Source of the DNA: Heteronotia binoei
Lineage: Eukaryota
Reading direction: 5' to 3'
NCBI RefSeq assembly: GCF_032191835.1
Contig: NC_083237.1
Span: 23,684,001-23,748,000 of the forward strand
Length of the DNA: 64,000 nt
The number at the start of each line of letters is the position of its first letter. The first letter of the stretch is position 1. Below are positions 57,797 through 64,000 of the stretch, piece after piece. The translations under genes were made by a program, and so were the position numbers. The notes under the pieces are model-generated. The model searched no databases. It had not been told where the DNA came from and saw nothing but the letters and a program-made list of their open reading frames with translations.

Positions 57797-60700
57797 TTGT
57801 TGTTGTTGTTCAGTCGCACAGTCGAGTCCGACTCTTTGCGACCCCATGGACAAAGTCACGCCAGGCCCTCCTGTCTTCCATTATCCTCCGAAGTCTGCTC
57901 AGATTCGTGTTTGTTACGTCAGTAACGCTGTCCAGCCATCTCATCTCTTGCCGTCCCCTTCTTCTTTTGCCTTCTGTCTTTCCTAGCATCAGGATCTTCT
58001 CCAGGGAGTGCTCCCTTCTCATTTGGTGACCAACGTATTTGAGCTTCAGCTTCTGCATCTGACCTTCCAGAGAACAGTCTGGATTGATTTCCCTTAGGAC
58101 TGACTGATTTGATCTTGCAGTCCAAGGGACTCTCAAGAGTCTTCTCCAGCACCACATCTCAAAAGCATCTGTTCTTCTGCACTCAGCCTTCCTTATGGTC
58201 CAGCTCTCACAGCCATACATTACTACTGGGAATACCATGCTTTGACTACATGGACTTTTGTTGGCAGGGTGATGTCTCTACTTTTTATTATACTGCCCAG
58301 GTTTGCCATAGCTGTCCTCCCAAGGATCAACCGTCTTTTAATTTCATGGCTACAGTGTACAGTCACCATCTGCAGTGATCTTGGATCCCAGAAATGTGAA
58401 GTCTGTCACTACTTCCATGTCTTCCCCTTCTATTTGCCAAGGTGTGATGGGGCCAGATGCCATGATCTTAGTTTTTTTGATGTTGAGTTTCAAGCCTACT
58501 TTTGTGCTCTCCTCTTTCACCCTCAACAAGAGGTTCTTTAGGTCCTCCTCACTTCCTGCCATTAGTGTCATCTGCATATCTGATGTTGTTGATGTTTTTC
58601 CGGCAATCTTAATTCCAGCTTGTGTTTCATCCAGGCCAGCATTCCGCATGATGTACTCTGCATATAAATTAAATAAGCAGGGTGACAATATACATCCTTG
58701 TCAAACTCCTCCTATTCTAAACCAATCAGTTGTTCCATTTCCCGTTCCGACAGTTGCTTCTTGACCCTTATACAGGTTTCTCAGGAGACATGTGCGGTGG
58801 TCTGGTACTCCCATTTCTTTAAGGACTTGCCACAGTTTGTTGTGATCCACTCAATCAAAGGCTTTAGCATAGTCAATGAAGCAGAAATAGACGTTTTTTG
58901 GATACTCCCGTGCTTTCTCCATAATCCATCGAATGTTGGCAATCCGAAACCCAGCTTGAACTTCTGGTAGTTCTCGATTGACATACTGCTGAAGCCTAGC
59001 TTGTAGGATCTTTAACATGACCTTGCTGGCATGTGAAATGAGTGCAATGGTGTGATAGTTTGAATATTCCTTGGCATTACCCTTCTTTGGGATTGGAATA
59101 TAAACTGATCTTTTCTAATCCTGTGGTCACTGTTGTGTTTTCCAAATTTGTTGACATAATGTGTGCATCCCTTTAACAGCATCATCTTTTAGTACTTTGA
59201 ATAGCTCAACTGGGATACCATCATCTCCGCTTGCTTTGTTGTTAGTAATGCTTTCTAAAGCCCATTTGACTTCATTCTCCAGGATGTCTGGCTCAAGGTT
59301 ATCAATTTCTCTGTCATGGTTGTTTGGGTCATTGAGAGCCTTCTTGTATAATCCTTCTGTGTATTCTTGCCACCTCTTCCTGATTTCTTCTACTTCTGTT
59401 AGGTCTCTACCATTTTTGCCCTTTATCATGGCCATCTTTGCACAAAACGTTCCCTTGATTTCTCCAATTTTCTTGACTAGATCTCTTGTCCTTCCCATTC
59501 TATTATTTTCCTCTGTTGCTTTGCATTGTTCCTTCAGGAAGGCCTCCTTATCTCTCCTTGCTGTCCTCTGGAAATCTTCATTCAGTTGGATAAATCATTC
59601 CTTTTCACCTTTTCCTTTCACTTTCCTTCTTTCCTCAGCTATTTGTAAAGCTTCATCAGACAGCTACTTTGCTTTATTGTATTTCTTTTTATTTGAGATG
59701 GTGCTGATTGCTGCCTTCTGTACAGTGTCACAAACCTCCGTCCATAGTTCTTCAGGCACTCTGTCTATCAACTCTAGTTCCTTAAACCTATTCTTCACCT
59801 CCACTGTAAATTCATAAGGGATGTGATCACGGTCAAACCTGAATGGCCTAATGGCTTCCCCAGTTTTCTTCGGTTTAAACCTGAATTTTGCAATGAGTAG
59901 TTCATGATCTGAGCCACAGTTAACTCCAGGTCTTGTTTTTGCTGACTGTAAGGAGCTTCTCCATCTTTGACTGCAGAGTATATAATCAATCTGATTTCTG
60001 TGTTGCCCATCAGGTGATGTCCATGTGTAGAGTCGCCTTTTAGGTTGTTGGAAGAGGGTGTTCACTATGACCAGCTTGTTCTCTTGACAAAACTCTATTA
60101 GCCTTTGTCTGGCTTCATTTTGTTCTCCAAGGCTAAACTTGTCAGTTGTTCCGGTCACCTTTTGACTTCCCACTTTGGCATTCCAGTCCCCTGTGATGAG
60201 GAGGACATCTTTTTTGTGTGTTAATTCTAGAAGGTGTTGTAGATCTTCATAGAACTGGTCCACTTCAGCCTCTTCTGCATCAGTGGTTGGGGCATAAACT
60301 TGGATTACTGTGATACTGAATGGTTTGCCTCGGATATGACCGAGATCATTCTGTCATTTTTGAGATTGTATCCCATTACTGCCTTCCTCACTCTCTTGTT
60401 AACTATAAAGGCAACACCATTTCTTCTACGTGACTCTTGGCCACAATAATGGATGTAGTGATCCTCTGAGTTAAACTCACCCATTCCCATCCATTTTAGT
60501 TCACTGATTCCCAAGATGTCGATGTTCAGTCTTGCCATCTTTTGTTTGACCACATCTAGCTTACCTTGATTCATAGATCTTACATTCCACGTTCCGATGC
60601 AGTATTGTTCTTTGCAGCATCGGACTGTTCTTTCACCATCAGACACATCCACAGCTGAGCATCCTTTTGGCTTTGGCCCAGCCACTTCACTCTTTCTGTG

Positions 60701-60981
60701 GTTACTTGAACGCTCTTCCCTAGTAGCGTATTGGGCACCTTCTGACCTGAGGGGCTCATCTTCTAGCGCCATATCTTTTAGCTTTTTGTTTCTGTTCATG
60801 GGGTTTTCTTGGCAAGGATACTGGAGTGGTTTGCCATTTCCTTCTCCAGTGGAACACATTTAGTCTGGGTTCTAAGCTGTGGCCTGTCCATCTTGGGTGG
60901 CCCTGCATGGCATAGCCCATAGCCTCATTGAACCATGCAAACTCTCTCGCCACGACAAGGCAACAGTCCATGAGAGGGATA
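57797..60981 (-). mobile_element. RTE-BovB LINE, near full length (about 3.2 kb), inactivated by frameshifts
   Basis: APE fragments (60305-60859, 59664-60263; GDWNAKVG, IDYIL, GSDH) and RT fragments (59127-59498, 58781-58984, 58350-58688, 57810-58238; YADD at 58567-58578); 3' end ...gagtcggactcgactgtgcgactg(aac)n; possible 5-bp TSD ctcgt. Confidence 0.95.
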
Positions 60982-61563
60982 CTCGTATATGTTCAGTAAA
61001 ATAGACAGCTCCTATATGATAATCTGAACTGCTGCCAGACTTAGCAAAAGACACCTGTTCATACACTTACCCTTCTCATCTGTAGTTGTTACAGGCAGGT
61101 GACACTCTGTCCCTCACTCATGCCCTACTGGGTCTGAAATTCTCCTTTTTTGGGACTTCTGTCTTCTGGATCCATTCTTTGTCACACTTGTGAGTCACCT
61201 CAGGCTGCTTCAACACTTCCCTTTCCGCTTCCCAGGAGATCCTGCCTCTTGTCTCCTCTGCTCTCTGGCTTTCTTTGAAGAAACTTTGCACCTGGCTGTG
61301 GAGTTTGGACAGTTGCCCACAGAAGCAAACGTGTTCTATAATAAGATGTTTTGTTGCTCAGGTTCCTACTCTTGGCACTGGTTTTCCTTACTTTAGTTGC
61401 TCCTGCAAAATTCCTCATTGTGTAGGTCAAGTTAACTTGGAGAAAATGGAGACTACTTTCTTTTTAAAAAACCCCAAACAATAATCAAGTCAGTTCATCA
61501 CAGTTTATGAAACCAGAAAGCAAGAGAAAAAACAAATGTCCTGAAGTGTCCTATACCCTTGAA

Positions 61564-61740
61564 TAAAGGTAAAGGTAGTGCAAGCACTGATTGTTTCTGG
61601 CTCTGGGGTGACATCGCATCATGGTGTTTTCTTGGCAGACTTCTTAGGGGGTGTTTTGCCATTGCCTTCCCCAGTCATTTACACTTACCCCCAGCCAGCT
61701 GGGTACTCTTTTTACCGACCTAGGAAGGATAGAAGACTTG
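61564..61740 (-). mobile_element. Sauria SINE 3' part
   Basis: aaaggtaaaggt tail, ttgccattgccttccccagtc. Confidence 0.78.
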
Positions 61741-63506
61741 GGTCCTTTCCAATTCTATGATTCTAAGTGAGAAGAAGGTGCAAACAAACAAAGCATGAAA
61801 GGGAGGTGAAACCACAATGCATCTGTGAAAACTGTTAAAAAGACTTCCAGTGATCTATTTTGAAATTTGCTGATGTTTTGCCCTCAGAGTCACAAAGTGA
61901 CAACTTGTGAATTAGCAGAATATTGAATGTGCCCCAGATGTTTCTCTCTTTACTAACTGGTCTGCTGACTGAGTCTGGTTCTCTGTGCTAATGATGTCTT
62001 TCCGGTCTGGGCAGGGCAGGAGAGAGTGGCTGCCTGGCAGATCTGTTGGAGAAATGAAGCCCTAGGAAAGGGATGGTCTTCTGTACATGCCCAGAAATGA
62101 TTTATTTATTGGATGTTTGCCCTACCCTTTCCTCAAACGGTGCAGTATAGTGTATGTGATTATCTCCTCCCCTATTTTATGCATATGTACAACAACCCTG
62201 TGCAGCTGGCTAAATTGAGAGACTGGGTTGGGGGACGTAAGAAGAGCCCTGCTGGATCAGACTAGTAGTCCATCTAGTCCCGCATCCTGTCTCACACAGT
62301 GGCCAGCAAGTTCCTCTGGAGGGCCAACAACAGTGCATGGAGGCTGGTGCCTTCCCTGATATTGCTCCCTGACTCTGGGATTCAGAGGAATTCCTGGAAA
62401 TGTGGTGGTGGAGCTGGGGAAGGGTGGAATACAATGCCATAGAGCCCACCCTCCAAAGCATCCATTTCCTCCAGGAGAACTGATCTCTGTTGTCTGGGGA
62501 TCAGTTGTGATTCCTGGTGATCTCCAGGTCTCACTTGGAGGTTGGCAACCCTATTCTACCTACATGTCCAAAATACTTTTAAGATTTCATTTTTAAAAGA
62601 GCCATATCTGTGCTACAGAGTAGGGGTTTGAGCCAAATAAGAGCCTTGTTGTGATTTGATTGTGCAGAGATAGGTTTGCCAGCCTCTAGGTGGGGCCTGG
62701 AGATCTCTTGGAGGAAATGGCTGCTTTGCAGGGTGGATTCTATAGCATTGTACCATGCTGAGGCCCCTCCCCAAACCCCACCCTCTCCCAGATCCACCTA
62801 AAAAGTCTGCAGGTACTTTCCAACACAGACCTGGCAACCATTATTTCCAAGGGAAGAAGTCTATCTAACTGTTTTACAGTTGTGTACAAGGAATTCAGGT
62901 TGTGGTCATAAGCCTTAACACCACAACCCTCTGATATCAGTCAGGCCTCACAAAAGAAGCCACAGCTATAACAAATGGCTGGCTTTCTAAAGTAACAGCC
63001 TCTTAGTTAAAGTTTTATGCACTATTTGAATTGCTTTGTCAATTTATGCCAATGATTTGCCCAAATTTTGTTTTTGTGGGTATTCCTTGACCTTTTCATT
63101 TTGAAATTGCCCCCCCACCCCTTATTCTCCCATCCTTCTCTTCCCACTGGTGTTCTATCTAGGATAATAGTGGGCTCTGCTTCATGAAAATGTAACACCA
63201 TAACAAAATGTGCTTATCTTTGAAGTTGCCACAGGAGTGGGGGGGCGGTCCTACAGATTTTGGCTGTTGTTGCAAGGGATGTTTAAATCAACTTTTGTAT
63301 CTAGCACATCTCACAATTGCACAGGACTACTTTATGCATGTTCAAGAATTAACAACAGTCATGTCCTCAGATCATGCTATTTTATCATAGCAGATCCCCC
63401 ATTGTAGCCCCAATCATTACTGTCTGCATAACGTTTTAATGGTATATGGTGCTCTCTAGTGGATGTAAGTGTATCTCTCAATTGTATCTCTTAATACATC
63501 CTATGT

Positions 63507-63716
63507 CAGGGGTGGGGAACCTTTTTTCTGCCAAGGGCCATTTGGATATTTATAACGTCATTCATGAGCCATACAAAATTATTAGCTTAAAAAACAGTGA
63601 TCTGTCGAGGGAGAATGATTCAGGCTGGTAAAATTAACACAAATAATTGTTTTTCTATTTGAAGTCATCTGGTGAGAGCCTTATTTGGCACACCCACCCG
63701 ACCCATCACCCTAGGT
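63507..63716 (+). mobile_element. hAT-type DNA transposon left-end fragment
   Basis: caggggtggggaacctttttt terminus typical of hAT MITEs; right end not identified. Confidence 0.5.
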
Positions 63717-63879
63717 CCAGGGCTTTTTTTGATAGAAAAAGCCCAACAGGAATTCATTAGCATATTAGACCACATCCCCTAATATTAGCACATCAGTTCA
63801 CATACTCATTAGCATATTAGGCCACACCATCTGGGATAATCAAGTGCAAATTAAACTGGTGGTAGCTGGGTAATAAAAT

Positions 63880-64000
63880 AAAGAAAGGGAGGGAAGAAAG
63901 GAGAATAAAGGGAAATAAAGAAATGGGGGGAATAAAGGGGAATAAAGGGAAATAAACAAATGGGGGAAGAAAGGGAAGAAGAAAGGGACATTAAGAAAGG
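63880..64000. repeat. Purine-rich low-complexity repeat
   Basis: Repeated ggaataaa / gggaagaaa units. Confidence 0.8.

Noticed and set aside
59161-59817. 218-aa hydrophobic plus-strand ORF
   Set aside because: Antisense shadow of the BovB ORF

Overview
Vertebrate genomic DNA from a squamate reptile (inferred from Sauria-type SINEs, 5S-Sauria SINEs and a BovB LINE; probably a gecko, not provable here). Exon models were built by hand from GT-AG sites and reading phase. The left 27 kb holds the ancestral, single-copy version of the human 16p11.2 block: CORO1A (+, 10 coding exons, 461 aa), BOLA2 (-, 3 exons, 91 aa) and SLX1 (+, 6 coding exons, 300 aa), the last two head-to-head. No SULT1A is visible after SLX1. 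The right part has two minus-strand zinc-finger genes with no assignable symbol. One is a SCAN-3xC2H2 gene (about 469 aa). The other is a SCAN-KRAB-6xC2H2 gene (915 aa) with a 118-aa tandem duplication at its N-terminus. Both keep Ty3/gypsy (Gmr1-like) Gag capsid sequence upstream of SCAN. A near full-length, frameshifted BovB LINE abuts the GC-rich 5' region of the second gene. Most interesting leads: (1) a 3 x 173-bp array of pre-miRNA-sized hairpins inside an intron whose ends are joined by a 52-bp inverted repeat; (2) capsid-like SCAN-ZNF proteins; (3) an inverted 60-bp exon duplicate; (4) a splice donor at the BovB junction plus a motif shared by both ZNF 5' regions; (5) decayed hammerhead ribozyme motifs in Penelope remnants; (6) a chain of unexplained plus-strand exon-like segments at 28.8-31.5 kb. 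No database searches or folding calculations were run.
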